This document shows positions 13,101 to 28,600 of a DNA stretch of 64,000 bases, one piece after another. The translations under genes and the position numbers were made by a program. The first letter of the stretch is position 1. The number at the start of each line of letters is the position of its first letter. Origin of the DNA: Antedon mediterranea (taxonomy: Eukaryota; Animalia; Echinodermata); the NCBI RefSeq assembly GCF_964355755.1, contig NC_092677.1, positions 20,916,101 through 20,980,100 on the forward strand, given 5' to 3'. Under the pieces are notes generated by a model. The model had not been told where the DNA came from, made no database searches, and saw nothing but the letters and a program-made list of their open reading frames with translations.

Positions 13101-16100
13101 TTAATATGGTATTTAAAAACGTTTTAGACCATTTTGAGCATTTCAACAAAACTTTTTCTCACAAAACATCAAAGTGTACAGAATAGCTTCAAATCGCATT
13201 TGGAGACGTTTTAGACCATTTTGTGCATTTCGATGAAACTTGGTTACACAAAAACATCAAAGTGCTTAAAATCACATTTTGAGCATTTCGTTAAAACTTT
13301 TCACACAAAAACATCAAAGTCCACAAAATAGCTTAATATCGTATTTAAAAACGTTTTAGACCATTTTGAGCATTTCGAAAAAACTTTTCCACACAAAACA
13401 TCAAAGTTTACAAAATAGCTTCAAATCGCATTTGGAGACGTTTTAGACCATTTTGTGATTTTCGAAAAAATTTGTTAACATAAAAACACCAAAGTGCTCA
13501 GAATACCTTCAAATCGCATTTGGAGACGTTTTAGACCCTTTTGTGCATTTCGATGAAACTTGGTTACACAAAAACATCAAAGTGCTTAAAATCACATTAG
13601 AAACCGTTTTAGACCATTTTGAGCATTTCGTTAAAATTTTTCACAGAAAAACATCAAAGAGCAAAAAATAGCTTAATATCGTATTTAAAAACGTTTTAGA
13701 CCATTTTGAGCATTTCGACAAAACTTTTTCACACAAAACATCAAAGTGTACAGAATAGCTTCAAATCGCATTTGGAGACGTTTTAACCCATTTTGAGCAT
13801 TTCGATAAAATTTTACACACAAAAACATCAAAGTGCACAAAATAGCTTAATATGGTATTTAAAAACGTTTTAGACCATTTTGAGCATTTCAACAAAACTT
13901 TTTCTCGCAAAACATCAAAGTGTACAGAATAGCTTCAAATCGCATTTGGAGACGTTTTAGACCATTTTGTGCATTTCGATGAAACTTGGTTACACAAAAA
14001 CATCAAAGTGCTTAAAATCACATTTTGAGCATTTCGTTAAAACTTTTCACACAAAAACATCAAAGTCCACAAAATAGCTTAATATCGTATTTAAAAACGT
14101 TTTAGACCATTTTGAGCTTTTCGAAAAATTTTTTCACACAAAACATCAAAGTTTACAAAATAGCTTCAAATCGCATTTGGAGACGTTTTAGACCATTTTG
14201 TGATTTTCGAAAAAACTTGTTAACATAAAAACACCAAAGTACTCAGAATACCTTCAAATCGCATTTTGAGACGTTTTAGACCATTTTGTGCATTTCGATG
14301 AAACTTGGTTACACAAAAACATCAAAGTGCTTAAAATCACATTTTGAGCATTTCGTTAAAACTTTTCACACAAAAACATCAAAGAGCAAAAAATAGCTTA
14401 ATATCGTATTTAAAAACGTTTTAGACCATTTTGAGCATTTCGACAAAACTTTTTCACACAAAACATCAAAGTGTACAAAATAGCTTCAAATCGCATTTGG
14501 AGACGTTTTAGACAATTTTGTGATTTTCGAAAAAACTTGTTTACATAAAAACACCAAAGTGCTAAGAATAGCTTCCAATCGCATTTGGAGACGTTTTAGA
14601 CCCTTTTGTGCATTTCGATGAAACTTGGTTACACAAAAACATCAAAGTGCTTAAAATCACATTAGAAACCGTTTTAGAACATTTTGAGCATTTCGTTAAA
14701 ATTTTTCACAGAAAAACATCAAAGAGCAAAAAATAGCTTAATATCGTATTTAAAAACGTTTTAGACCATTTTGAGCATTTCGACAAAACTTTTTCACACA
14801 AAACAACAAAGTGTACAGAATAGCTTAATATCGCATTTGGAGACGTTTTAACCCATTTTGAGCATTTCGATAAAATTTTACACACAAAAACATCAAAGTG
14901 CACAAAATAGCTTAATATGGTATTTAAAAACGTTTTAGACCATTTTGAGCATTTCAACAAAACTTTTTCTCACAAAACATCAAAGTGTACAGAATAGCTT
15001 CAAATCGCATTTGGAGACGTTTTAGACCATTTTGTGCATTTCGATGAAACTTGGTTACACAAAAACATCAAAGTGCTTAAAATCACATTTTGAGCATTTC
15101 GTTAAAACTTTTCACACAAAAACATCAAAGTCCACAAAATAGCTTAATATCGTATTTAAAAACGTTTTAGACCATTTTGAGCATTTCGAAAAAACTTTTC
15201 CACACAAAACATCAAAGTTTACAAAATAGCTTCAAATCGCATTTGGAGACGTTTTAGACCATTTTGTGATTTTCGAAAAAATTTGTTAACATAAAAACAC
15301 CAAAGTGCTCAGAATACCTTCAAATCGCATTTGGAGACGTTTTAGACCCTTTTGTGCATTTCGATGAAACTTGGTTACACAAAAACATCAAAGTGCTTAA
15401 AATCACATTAGAAACCGTTTTAGACCATTTTGAGCATTTCGTTAAAATTTTTCACAGAAAAACATCAAAGAGCAAAAAATAGCTTAATATCGTATTTAAA
15501 AACGTTTTAGACCATTTTGAGCATTTCGACAAAACTTTTTCACACAAAACATCAAAGTGTACAGAATAGCTTCAAATCGCATTTGGAGACGTTTTAACCC
15601 ATTTTGAGCATTTCGATAAAATTTTACACACAAAAACATCAAAGTGCACAAAATAGCTTAATATGGTATTTAAAAACGTTTTAGACCATTTTGAGCATTT
15701 CAACAAAACTTTTTCTCGCAAAACATCAAAGTGTACAGAATAGCTTCAAATCGCATTTGGAGACGTTTTAGACCATTTTGTGCATTTCGATGAAACTTGG
15801 TTACACAAAAACATCAAAGTGCTTAAAATCACATTTTGAGCATTTCGTTAAAACTTTTCACACAAAAACATCAAAGTCCACAAAATAGCTTAATATCGTA
15901 TTTAAAAACGTTTTAGACCATTTTGAGCTTTTCGAAAAATTTTTTCACACAAAACATCAAAGTTTACAAAATAGCTTCAAATCGCATTTGGAGACGTTTT
16001 AGACCATTTTGTGATTTTCGAAAAAACTTGTTAACATAAAAACACCAAAGTACTCAGAATACCTTCAAATCGCATTTTGAAAAGTTTTAGACCATTTTGT

Positions 16101-17990
16101 GATTTTCGAAAAAACTTGTTAACATAAAAACACCAAAGTGCTCAGAATACCTTCAAATCGTGTTTTGAGACGTTTTAGACCATTTTGTAATTTTCGAAAA
16201 AACTTGTTAACATAAAAACACCAAAGTGCTCAGAATACCTTCACATCGCATTTTGAGACGTTTTAGACCATTTTGTGATTTTCGAAAAAACTTGTTAACA
16301 TAAAAACACCAAAGTGCTTAGAAAAGCTTGAAATCGCATTTGGAGACGTTTTAGACCATTTTGTGCATTTCGATGAAACTTGGTTACACAAAAACATCAA
16401 AGTGCTTAAAATCACATTTTGAGCATTTCGTTAAAACTTTTCACACAAAAACATCAAAGAGTAATAAATAGCTTAATATCGTATTTAAAAACGTTTTAGA
16501 CCATTTTGAGCATTTCGACAAAATTTTTTCTCACAAAACATCAAAGTGCTTAAAATCACATTAGAAACCGTTTTAGAACATTTTGAGCATTTCGTTAAAA
16601 TTTTTCACAGAAAAACATCAAAGAGCAAAAAATAGCTTAATATCGTATTTAAAAACGTTTTAGACCATTTTGAGCATTTCGACAAAACTTTTTCACACAA
16701 AACAACAAAGTGTACAGAATAGCTTCAAATCGCATTTGGAGACGTTTTAACCCATTTTGAGCATTTCGATAAAATTTTACACACAAAAACATCAAAGTGC
16801 ACAAAATAGCTTAATATGGTATTTAAAAACGTTTTAGACCATTTTGAGCATTTCAACAAAACTTTTTCTCACAAAACATCAAAGTGTACAGAATAGCTTC
16901 AAATCGCATTTGGAGACGTTTTAGACCATTTTGTGCATTTCGATGAAACTTGGTTACACAAAAACATCAAAGTGCTTAAAATCACATTTTGAGCATTTCG
17001 TTAAAACTTTTCACACAAAAACATCAAAGTCCACAAAATAGCTTAATATCGTATTTAAAAACGTTTTAGACCATTTTGAGCATTTCGAAAAAACTTTTCC
17101 ACACAAAACATCAAAGTTTACAAAATAGCTTCAAATCGCATTTGGAGACGTTTTAGACCATTTTGTGATTTTCGAAAAAATTTGTAAACATAAAAACACC
17201 AAAGTGCTCAGAATACCTTCAAATCGCATTTGGAGACGTTTTAGACCCTTTTGTGCATTTCGATGAAACTTGGTTACACAAAAACATCAAAGTGCTTAAA
17301 ATCACATTAGAAACCGTTTTAGACCATTTTGAGCATTTCGTTAAAATTTTTCACAGAAAAACATCAAATAGCAAAAAATAGCTTAATATCGTATTTAAAA
17401 ACGTTTTAGACCATTTTGAGCATTTCGACAAAACTTTTTCACACAAAACATCAAAGTGTACAGAATAGCTTCAAATCGCATTTGGAGACGTTTTAACCCA
17501 TTTTGAGCATTTCGATAAAATTTTACACACAAAAACATCAAAGTGCACAAAATAGCTTAATATGGTATTTAAAAACGTTTTAGACCATTTTGAGCATTTC
17601 AACAAAACTTTTTCTCGCAAAACATCAAAGTGTACAGAATAGCTTCAAATCGCATTTGGAGACGTTTTAGACCATTTTGTGCATTTCGATGAAACTTGGT
17701 TACACAAAAACATCAAAGTGCTTAAAATCACATTTTGAGCATTTCGTTAAAACTTTTCACACAAAAACATCAAAGTCCACAAAATAGCTTAATATCGTAT
17801 TTAAAAACGTTTTAGACCATTTTGAGCATTTCGAAAAATTTTTTCACACAAAACATCAAAGTTTACAAAATAGCTTCAAATCGCATTTGGAGACGTTTTC
17901 GACCATTTTGTGATTTTCGAAAAAACTTGTTAACATAAAAACACCAAAGTACTCAGAATACCTTCAAATCGCATTTTGAGACGTTTTAGA
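7200..17990. repeat. Array of super-HOR units of 1899 and 1811 bp (order 1899,1899,1811,1811,1899,partial), each built on a pair of 746-bp HORs
   Basis: The marker GTTTTAGAACATTTT is at 7251, 9150, 11049, 12860, 14671 and 16570. GTAATAAATA is at 9041, 10940 and 16461, GTGTTTAAAA near 10298 and 12197, and GAGCTTTTCG at 14114 and 15925. Confidence 0.88.
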
Positions 17991-18239
17991 CCATTTTGTG
18001 ATTTTCGAAAAAACAACATAAAAACACCAAAGTGCTCAGAATACCTTCAAATCGCATTTGGAGACGTTTTAGACCATTTTGTGATTTTCGAAAAAACTTG
18101 TTAACATAAAAACACCAAAGTGCTCAGAATACCTTCAAATCGTATTTTGAGACGTTTTAGACAATTTTGTGATTTTCGAAAAAACTTGTTAACATAAAAA
18201 CACCAAAGTGCTTAGAAAAGCTTCAAATCGCATTTAGAG

Positions 18240-21200
18240 ACGTTTTAGACCATTTTGTGCATTTCGATGAAACTTGGTTACACGAAAACATCAAAGTGTA
18301 CAGAATAGCTTCAAATCGCATTAGAAACCGTTTTAGACCATTTTAAGCATTTCGAAAAAACTTTTTCACACAAAACATCAAAGTGTACAAAATAGCTTCA
18401 AATCGCATTTGGAGACGTTTTAGACAATTTTGTGATTTTCGAAAAAACTTGTTTACATAAAAACACCAAAGTGCTTAGAAAAGCTTCAAATCGCATTTGG
18501 AGACGTTTTAAACCATTTTGTTCATTTCGATGAAACTTGGTTACACAAAAACATCAAAGAGCACAAAAGTATTTAAAAACGTTTTAGACCATTTTGAGCA
18601 TTCCGACAAAACTTTTTCACACAAAACATCAAAGTGTACAGAATAGCTTTAAATCGCATTTGGAGACGTTTTAGACCATTTTGTAGTTTTCGAAAAAACT
18701 TGTTAACATAAAAACACAAAAGAGCTTCAAATCGCATTTGGAGACGTTTTAGACCCTTTTGTGCATTTCGATGAAACTTGGTTACACAAAAACATCAAAG
18801 TGCTTAAAATCACATTAGAAACCGTTTTAGACCATTTTGAGCATTTCGTTAAAACTTTTCACACAAAAACATCAAAGTCCACAAAATAGCTTAATATCGT
18901 ATTTAAAAACGTTTTAGACCATTTTGAGCATTTCGAAAAAACTTTTCCACACAAAACATCAAAGTTTACAAAATAGCTTCAAATCGCATTTGGAGACGTT
19001 TTAGACCATTTTGTGATTTTCGAAAAAATTTGTTAACATAAAAACACCAAAGTGCTCAGAATACCTTCAAATCGCATTTGGAGACGTTTTAGACCCTTTT
19101 GTGCATTTCGATGAAACTTGGTTACACAAAAACATCAAAGTGCTTAAAATCACATTAGAAACCGTTTTAGACCATTTTGAGCATTTCGTTAAAATTTTTC
19201 ACAGAAAAACATCAAAGAGCAAAAAATAGCTTAATATCGTATTTAAAAACGTTTTAGACCATTTTGAGCATTTCGACAAAACTTTTTCACACAAAACATC
19301 AAAGTGTACAGAATAGCTTCAAATCGCATTTGGAGACGTTTTAACCCATTTTGAGCATTTCGATAAAATTTTACACACAAAAACATCAAAGTGCACAAAA
19401 TAGCTTAATATGGTATTTAAAAACGTTTTAGACCATTTTGAGCATTTCAACAAAACTTTTTCTCGCAAAACATCAAAGTGTACAGAATAGCTTCAAATCG
19501 CATTTGGAGACGTTTTAGACCATTTTGTGCATTTCGATGAAACTTGGTTACACAAAAACATCAAAGTGCTTAAAATCACATTTTGAGCATTTCGTTAAAA
19601 CTTTTCACACAAAAACATCAAAGTCCACAAAATAGCTTAATACCGTATTTAAAAACGTTTTAGACCATTTTGAGCATTTCGAAAAAACTTTTCCACACAA
19701 AACATCAAAGTTTACAAAATAGCTTCAAATCGCATTTGGAGACGTTTTAGACCATTTTGTGATTTTCGAAAAAACTTGTTAACATAAAAACACCAAAGTG
19801 CTCAGAATACCTTCAAATCGCATTTGGAGACGTTTTAGACCATTTTGTGATTTTCGAAAAAACTTGTTAACATAAAAACACCAAAGTGCTCAGAAAAGCT
19901 TCAAATCGCATTTGGAGACGTTTTAAACCATTTTGTTCATTTCGATGAAACTTGGTTACACAAAAACATCAAAGAGCACAAAAGTATTTAAAAACGTTTT
20001 AGACCATTTTGAGCATTCCGACAAAACTTTTTCACACAAAACATCAAAGTGTACAGAATAGCTTTAAATCGCATTTGGAGACGTTTTAGACCATTTTGTA
20101 GTTTTCGAAAAAACTTGTTAACATAAAAACACAAAAGAGCTTCAAATCGCATTTGGAGACGTTTTAGACCCTTTTGTGCATTTCGATGAAACTTGGTTAC
20201 ACAAAAACATCAAAGTGCTTAAAATCACATTAGAAACCGTTTTAGACCATTTTGAGCATTTCGTTAAAACTTTTCACACAAAAACATCAAAGTCCACAAA
20301 ATAGCTTAATATCGTATTCAAAAACGTTTTAGACCATTTTGAGCATTTCGAAAAAACTTTTTCACACAAAACATCAAAGTTTACAAAATAGCTTCAAATC
20401 GCATTTGGAGACGTTTTAGACCATTTTGTGCATTTCGATGAAACTTGGTTACACGAAAACATCAAAGTGTACAGAATAGCTTCAAATCGCATTAGAAACC
20501 GTTTTAGACCATTTTAAGCATTTCGAAAAAACTTTTTCACACAAAACATCAAAGTGTACAAAATAGCTTCAAATCGCATTTGGAGACGTTTTAGACAATT
20601 TTGTGATTTTCGAAAAAACTTGTTTACATAAAAACACCAAAGTGCTTAGAAAAGCTTCAAATCGCATTTGGAGACGTTTTAAACCATTTTGTTCATTTCG
20701 ATGAAACTTGGTTACACAAAAACATCAAAGAGCACAAAAGTATTTAAAAACGTTTTAGACCATTTTGAGCATTCCGACAAAACTTTTTCACACAAAACAT
20801 CAAAGTGTACAGAATAGCTTTAAATCGCATTTGGAGACGTTTTAGACCATTTTGTAGTTTTCGAAAAAACTTGTTAACATAAAAACACAAAAGAGCTTCA
20901 AATCGCATTTGGAGACGTTTTAGACCCTTTTGTGCATTTCGATGAAACTTGGTTACACAAAAACATCAAAGTGCTTAAAATCACATTAGAAACCGTTTTA
21001 GACCATTTTGAGCATTTCGTTAAAACTTTTCACACAAAAACATCAAAGTCCACAAAATAGCTTAATATCGTATTTAAAAACGTTTTAGACCATTTTGAGC
21101 ATTTCGAAAAAACTTTTCCACACAAAACATCAAAGTTTACAAAATAGCTTCAAATCGCATTTGGAGACGTTTTAGACCATTTTGTGATTTTCGAAAAAAT

Positions 21201-22601
21201 TTGTTAACATAAAAACACCAAAGTGCTCAGAATACCTTCAAATCGCATTTGGAGACGTTTTAGACCCTTTTGTGCATTTCGATGAAACTTGGTTACACAA
21301 AAACATCAAAGTGCTTAAAATCACATTAGAAACCGTTTTAGACCATTTTGAGCATTTCGTTAAAATTTTTCACAGAAAAACATCAAAGAGCAAAAAATAG
21401 CTTAATATCGTATTTAAAAACGTTTTAGACCATTTTGAGCATTTCGACAAAACTTTTTCACACAAAACATCAAAGTGTACAGAATAGCTTCAAATCGCAT
21501 TTGGAGACGTTTTAACCCATTTTGAGCATTTCGATAAAATTTTACACACAAAAACATCAAAGTGCACAAAATAGCTTAATATGGTATTTAAAAACGTTTT
21601 AGACCATTTTGAGCATTTCAACAAAACTTTTTCTCGCAAAACATCAAAGTGTACAGAATAGCTTCAAATCGCATTTGGAGACGTTTTAGACCATTTTGTG
21701 CATTTCGATGAAACTTGGTTACACAAAAACATCAAAGTGCTTAAAATCACATTTTGAGCATTTCGTTAAAACTTTTCACACAAAAACATCAAAGTCCACA
21801 AAATAGCTTAATACCGTATTTAAAAACGTTTTAGACCATTTTGAGCATTTCGAAAAAACTTTTCCACACAAAACATCAAAGTTTACAAAATAGCTTCAAA
21901 TCGCATTTGGAGACGTTTTAGACCATTTTGTGATTTTCGAAAAAACTTGTTAACATAAAAACACCAAAGTGCTCAGAATACCTTCAAATCGCATTTGGAG
22001 ACGTTTTAGACCATTTTGTGATTTTCGAAAAAACTTGTTAACATAAAAACACCAAAGTGCTCAGAAAAGCTTCAAATCGCATTTGGAGACGTTTTAAACC
22101 ATTTTGTTCATTTCGATGAAACTTGGTTACACAAAAACATCAAAGAGCACAAAAGTATTTAAAAACGTTTTAGACCATTTTGAGCATTCCGACAAAACTT
22201 TTTCACACAAAACATCAAAGTGTACAGAATAGCTTTAAATCGCATTTGGAGACGTTTTAGACCATTTTGTAGTTTTCGAAAAAACTTGTTAACATAAAAA
22301 CACAAAAGAGCTTCAAATCGCATTTGGAGACGTTTTAGACCCTTTTGTGCATTTCGATGAAACTTGGTTACACAAAAAAATCAAAGTGCTTAAAATCACA
22401 TTAGAAACCGTTTTAGACCATTTTGAGCATTTCGTTAAAACTTTTCACACAAAAACATCAAAGTCCACAAAATAGCTTAATATCGTATTCAAAAACGTTT
22501 TAGACCATTTTGAGCATTTCGAAAAAACTTTTTCACACAAAACATCAAAGTTTACAAAATAGCTTCAAATCGCATTTGGAGACGTTTTAGACCATTTTGT
22601 G
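18240..22601. repeat. Tandem duplication, period 2171 bp
   Basis: Private variants CACGAAAACA at 18281/20452 and TACCGTATTT at 19641/21812; the match ends at about 20431/22602. Confidence 0.85.
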
Positions 22602-25600
22602 ATTTTCGAAAAAACTTGTTAACATAAAAACATCAAAGTGCTTAAAATCACATTTTGAGCATTTCGTTAAAACTTTTCACACAAAAACATCAAAGAGTAA
22701 AAAATAGCTTAATATCGTATTTAAAAACGTTTTAGACCATTTTGAGCATTTCGACAAAATTTTTTCACACAAAACATCAAAGTGTACAGAATAGCTTTAA
22801 ATCGCATTTGGAGACGTTTTAGACCATTTTGTTAATTTCGATGAAACAAAAACACAAAAACATCAAATTGCACAAAATGGCTTAATATGATATGGGAAAA
22901 CGTTTTAGACCATTTTGAACATTTCGTTAAAAGTTTTCACACAAAAACATCAAAGTCCACAAAATAGCTTAATATCGTATTTAAAAACGTTTTAGACCAT
23001 TTTGAGCATTTCGAAAAAACTTTTTCCCACAAAACATCAAAGTTTACAAAATAGCTTCAAATCGCATTTGGAGACGTTTTAGACCATTTTGTGATTTTCG
23101 AAAAAACTTGTTAACATAAAAACACCAAAGTGCTCAGAAAAGCTTCAAATCGCATTTGGAGACGTTTTAAACCATTTTGTTCATTTCGATGAAACTTGGT
23201 TACACAAAAACATCAAAGAGCACAAAAGTATTTAAAAACGTTTTAGACCATTTTGAGCATTCCGACAAAACTTTTTCACACAAAACATCAAAGTGTACAG
23301 AATAGCTTTAAATCGCATTTGGAGACGTTTTAACCCATTTTGAGCATTTCGATAAAATTTTACAAACAAAAACATCAAAGTGCACAAAATAGCTTAATAT
23401 GGTATTTAAAAACGTTTTAGACCATTTTGAGCATTTCAACAAAACTTTTTCTCACAAAACATCAAAGTGTACAGAATAGCTTCAAATCGCATTTGGAGAC
23501 GTTTTAGACCATTTTGTGCATTTCGATGAAACTTGGTTACACAAAAACATCAAAGTGCTTAAAATCACATTTTGAGCATTTCGTTAAAACTTTTCACACA
23601 AAAACATCAAAGTCCACAAAATAGCTTATATCGTATTTAAAAACGTTTTAGACCATTTTGAGCATTTCGAAAAAACTTTTCCACACAAAACATCAAAGTT
23701 TACAAAATAGCTTCAAATCGCATTTGGAGACGTTTTAGACCATTTTGTGATTTTCGTAAAAACTTGTTAACATAAAAACACCAAAGTGCTTAGAAAAGCT
23801 TCAAATCGCATTTGGAGACGTTTTAGACCATTTTGTGCATTTCGATGAAACTTGGTTACACAAAAACATCAAAGTGCTTAAAATCACATTTTGAACATTT
23901 CGTTAAAAGTTTTCACACAAAAACATCAAAGAGTAAAAAATAGCTTAATATCGTATTTAAAAACGTTTTAGACCATTTTGAGCATTTCGAAAAAACTTTT
24001 CCACACAAAACATCAAAGTTTACAAAATAGCTTCAAATCGCATTTGGAGACGTTTTAGACCATTTTGTGATTTTCGAAAAAACTTGTTAACATAAAAACA
24101 CCAAAGTGCTCAGAATACCTTCAAATCGCATTTGGAGACGTTTTAGACCATTTTGTGATTTTCGAAAAAACTTGTTAACATAAAAACACCAAAGTGCTCA
24201 GAAAAGCTTCAAATCGCATTTGGAGACGTTTTAAACCATTTTGTTCATTTCGATGAAACTTGGTTACACAAAAACATCAAAGAGCACAAAAGTATTTAGA
24301 AACGTTTTAGACCATTTTGAGCATTCCGACAAAACTTTTTCACACAAAACATCAAAGTGTACAGAATAGCTTTAAATCGCATTTGGAGACGTTTTAGACC
24401 ATTTTGTAGTTTTCGAAAAAACTTGTTAACATAAAAACACAAAAGAGCTTCAAATCGCATTTGGAGACGTTTTAGACCCTTTTGTGCATTTCGATGAAAC
24501 TTGGTTACACAAAAACATCAAAGTGCTTAAAATCACATTAGAAACCGTTTTAGACCATTTTGAGCATTTCGTTAAAACTTTTCACACAAAAACATCAAAG
24601 TCCACAAAATAGCTTAATATCGTATTCAAAAACGTTTTAGACCATTTTGAGCATTTCGAAAAAACTTTTTCACACAAAACATCAAAGTTTACAAAATAGC
24701 TTCAAATCGCATTTGGAGACGTTTTAGACCATTTTGTGCATTTCGATGAAACTTGGTTACACGAAAACATCAAAGTGTACAGAATAGCTTCAAATCGCAT
24801 TAGAAACCGTTTTAGACCATTTTAAGCATTTCGAAAAAACTTTTTCACACAAAACATCAAAGTGTACAAAATAGCTTCAAATCGCATTTGGAGACGTTTT
24901 AGACAATTTTGTGATTTTCGAAAAAACTTGTTTACATAAAAACACCAAAGTGCTTAGAAAAGCTTCAAATCGCATTTGGAGACGTTTTAAACCATTTTGT
25001 TCATTTCGATGAAACTTGGTTACACAAAAACATCAAAGAGCACAAAAGTATTTAAAAACGTTTTAGACCATTTTGAGCATTCCGACAAAACTTTTTCACA
25101 CAAAACATCAAAGTGTACAGAATAGCTTTAAATCGCATTTGGAGACGTTTTAGACCATTTTGTAGTTTTCGAAAAAACTTGTTAACATAAAAACACAAAA
25201 GAGCTTCAAATCGCATTTGGAGACGTTTTAGACCCTTTTGTGCATTTCGATGAAACTTGGTTACACAAAAACATCAAAGTGCTTAAAATCACATTAGAAA
25301 CCGTTTTAGACCATTTTGAGCATTTCGTTAAAACTTTTCACACAAAAACATCAAAGTCCACAAAATAGCTTAATATCGTATTTAAAAACGTTTTAGACCA
25401 TTTTGAGCATTTCGAAAAAACTTTTCCACACAAAACATCAAAGTTTACAAAATAGCTTCAAATCGCATTTGGAGACGTTTTAGACCATTTTGTGATTTTC
25501 GAAAAAATTTGTTAACATAAAAACACCAAAGTGCTCAGAATACCTTCAAATCGCATTTGGAGACGTTTTAGACCCTTTTGTGCATTTCGATGAAACTTGG

Positions 25601-28600
25601 TTACACAAAAACATCAAAGTGCTTAAAATCACATTAGAAACCGTTTTAGACCATTTTGAGCATTTCGTTAAAATTTTTCACAGAAAAACATCAAAGAGCA
25701 AAAAATAGCTTAATATCGTATTTAAAAACGTTTTAGACCATTTTGAGCATTTCGACAAAACTTTTTCACACAAAACATCAAAGTGTACAGAATAGCTTCA
25801 AATCGCATTTGGAGACGTTTTAACCCATTTTGAGCATTTCGATAAAATTTTACACACAAAAACATCAAAGTGCACAAAATAGCTTAATATGGTATTTAAA
25901 AACGTTTTAGACCATTTTGAGCATTTCAACAAAACTTTTTCTCGCAAAACATCAAAGTGTACAGAATAGCTTCAAATCGCATTTGGAGACGTTTTAGACC
26001 ATTTTGTGCATTTCGATGAAACTTGGTTACACAAAAACATCAAAGTGCTTAAAATCACATTTTGAGCATTTCGTTAAAACTTTTCACACAAAAACATCAA
26101 AGTCCACAAAATAGCTTAATACCGTATTTAAAAACGTTTTAGACCATTTTGAGCATTTCGAAAAAACTTTTCCACACAAAACATCAAAGTTTACAAAATA
26201 GCTTCAAATCGCATTTGGAGACGTTTTAGACCATTTTGTGATTTTCGAAAAAACTTGTTAACATAAAAACACCAAAGTGCTCAGAATACCTTCAAATCGC
26301 ATTTGGAGACGTTTTAGACCATTTTGTGATTTTCGAAAAAACTTGTTAACATAAAAACACCAAAGTGCTCAGAAAAGCTTCAAATCGCATTTGGAGACGT
26401 TTTAAACCATTTTGTTCATTTCGATGAAACTTGGTTACACAAAAACATCAAAGAGCACAAAAGTATTTAAAAACGTTTTAGACCATTTTGAGCATTCCGA
26501 CAAAACTTTTTCACACAAAACATCAAAGTGTACAGAATAGCTTTAAATCGCATTTGGAGACGTTTTAGACCATTTTGTAGTTTTCGAAAAAACTTGTTAA
26601 CATAAAAACACAAAAGAGCTTCAAATCGCATTTGGAGACGTTTTAGACCCTTTTGTGCATTTCGATGAAACTTGGTTACACAAAAACATCAAAGTGCTTA
26701 AAATCACATTAGAAACCGTTTTAGACCATTTTGAGCATTTCGTTAAAACTTTTCACACAAAAACATCAAAGTCCACAAAATAGCTTAATATCGTATTCAA
26801 AAACGTTTTAGACCATTTTGAGCATTTCGAAAAAACTTTTTCACACAAAACATCAAAGTTTACAAAATAGCTTCAAATCGCATTTGGAGACGTTTTAGAC
26901 CATTTTGTGATTTTCGAAAAAACTTGTTAACATAAAAACATCAAAGTGCTTAAAATCACATTTTGAGCATTTCGTTAAAACTTTTCACACAAAAACATCA
27001 AAGAGTAAAAAATAGCTTAATATCGTATTTAAAAACGTTTTAGACCATTTTGAGCATTTCGACAAAATTTTTTCACACAAAACATCAAAGTGTACAGAAT
27101 AGCTTTAAATCGCATTTGGAGACGTTTTAGACCATTTTGTTAATTTCGATGAAACAAAAACACAAAAACATCAAATTGCACAAAATGGCTTAATATGATA
27201 TGGGAAAACGTTTTAGACCATTTTGAACATTTCGTTAAAAGTTTTCACACAAAAACATCAAAGTCCACAAAATAGCTTAATATCGTATTTAAAAACGTTT
27301 TAGACCATTTTGAGCATTTCGAAAAAACTTTTTCCCACAAAACATCAAAGTTTACAAAATAGCTTCAAATCGCATTTGGAGACGTTTTAGACCATTTTGT
27401 GATTTTCGAAAAAACTTGTTAACATAAAAACACCAAAGTGCTCAGAAAAGCTTCAAATCGCATTTGGAGACGTTTTAAACCATTTTGTTCATTTCGATGA
27501 AACTTGGTTACACAAAAACATCAAAGAGCACAAAAGTATTTAAAAACGTTTTAGACCATTTTGAGCATTCCGACAAAACTTTTTCACACAAAACATCAAA
27601 GTGTACAGAATAGCTTTAAATCGCATTTGGAGACGTTTTAACCCATTTTGAGCATTTCGATAAAATTTTACAAACAAAAACATCAAAGTGCACAAAATAG
27701 CTTAATATGGTATTTAAAAACGTTTTAGACCATTTTGAGCATTTCAACAAAACTTTTTCTCACAAAACATCAAAGTGTACAGAATAGCTTCAAATCGCAT
27801 TTGGAGACGTTTTAGACCATTTTGTGCATTTCGATGAAACTTGGTTACACAAAAACATCAAAGTGCTTAAAATCACATTTTGAGCATTTCGTTAAAACTT
27901 TTCACACAAAAACATCAAAGTCCACAAAATAGCTTATATCGTATTTAAAAACGTTTTAGACCATTTTGAGCATTTCGAAAAAACTTTTCCACACAAAACA
28001 TCAAAGTTTACAAAATAGCTTCAAATCGCATTTGGAGACGTTTTAGACCATTTTGTGATTTTCGTAAAAACTTGTTAACATAAAAACACCAAAGTGCTTA
28101 GAAAAGCTTCAAATCGCATTTGGAGACGTTTTAGACCATTTTGTGCATTTCGATGAAACTTGGTTACACAAAAACATCAAAGTGCTTAAAATCACATTTT
28201 GAACATTTCGTTAAAAGTTTTCACACAAAAACATCAAAGAGTAAAAAATAGCTTAATATCGTATTTAAAAACGTTTTAGACCATTTTGAGCATTTCGAAA
28301 AAACTTTTCCACACAAAACATCAAAGTTTACAAAATAGCTTCAAATCGCATTTGGAGACGTTTTAGACCATTTTGTGATTTTCGAAAAAACTTGTTAACA
28401 TAAAAACACCAAAGTGCTCAGAATACCTTCAAATCGCATTTGGAGACGTTTTAGACCATTTTGTGATTTTCGAAAAAACTTGTTAACATAAAAACACCAA
28501 AGTGCTCAGAAAAGCTTCAAATCGCATTTGGAGACGTTTTAAACCATTTTGTTCATTTCGATGAAACTTGGTTACACAAAAACATCAAAGAGCACAAAAG

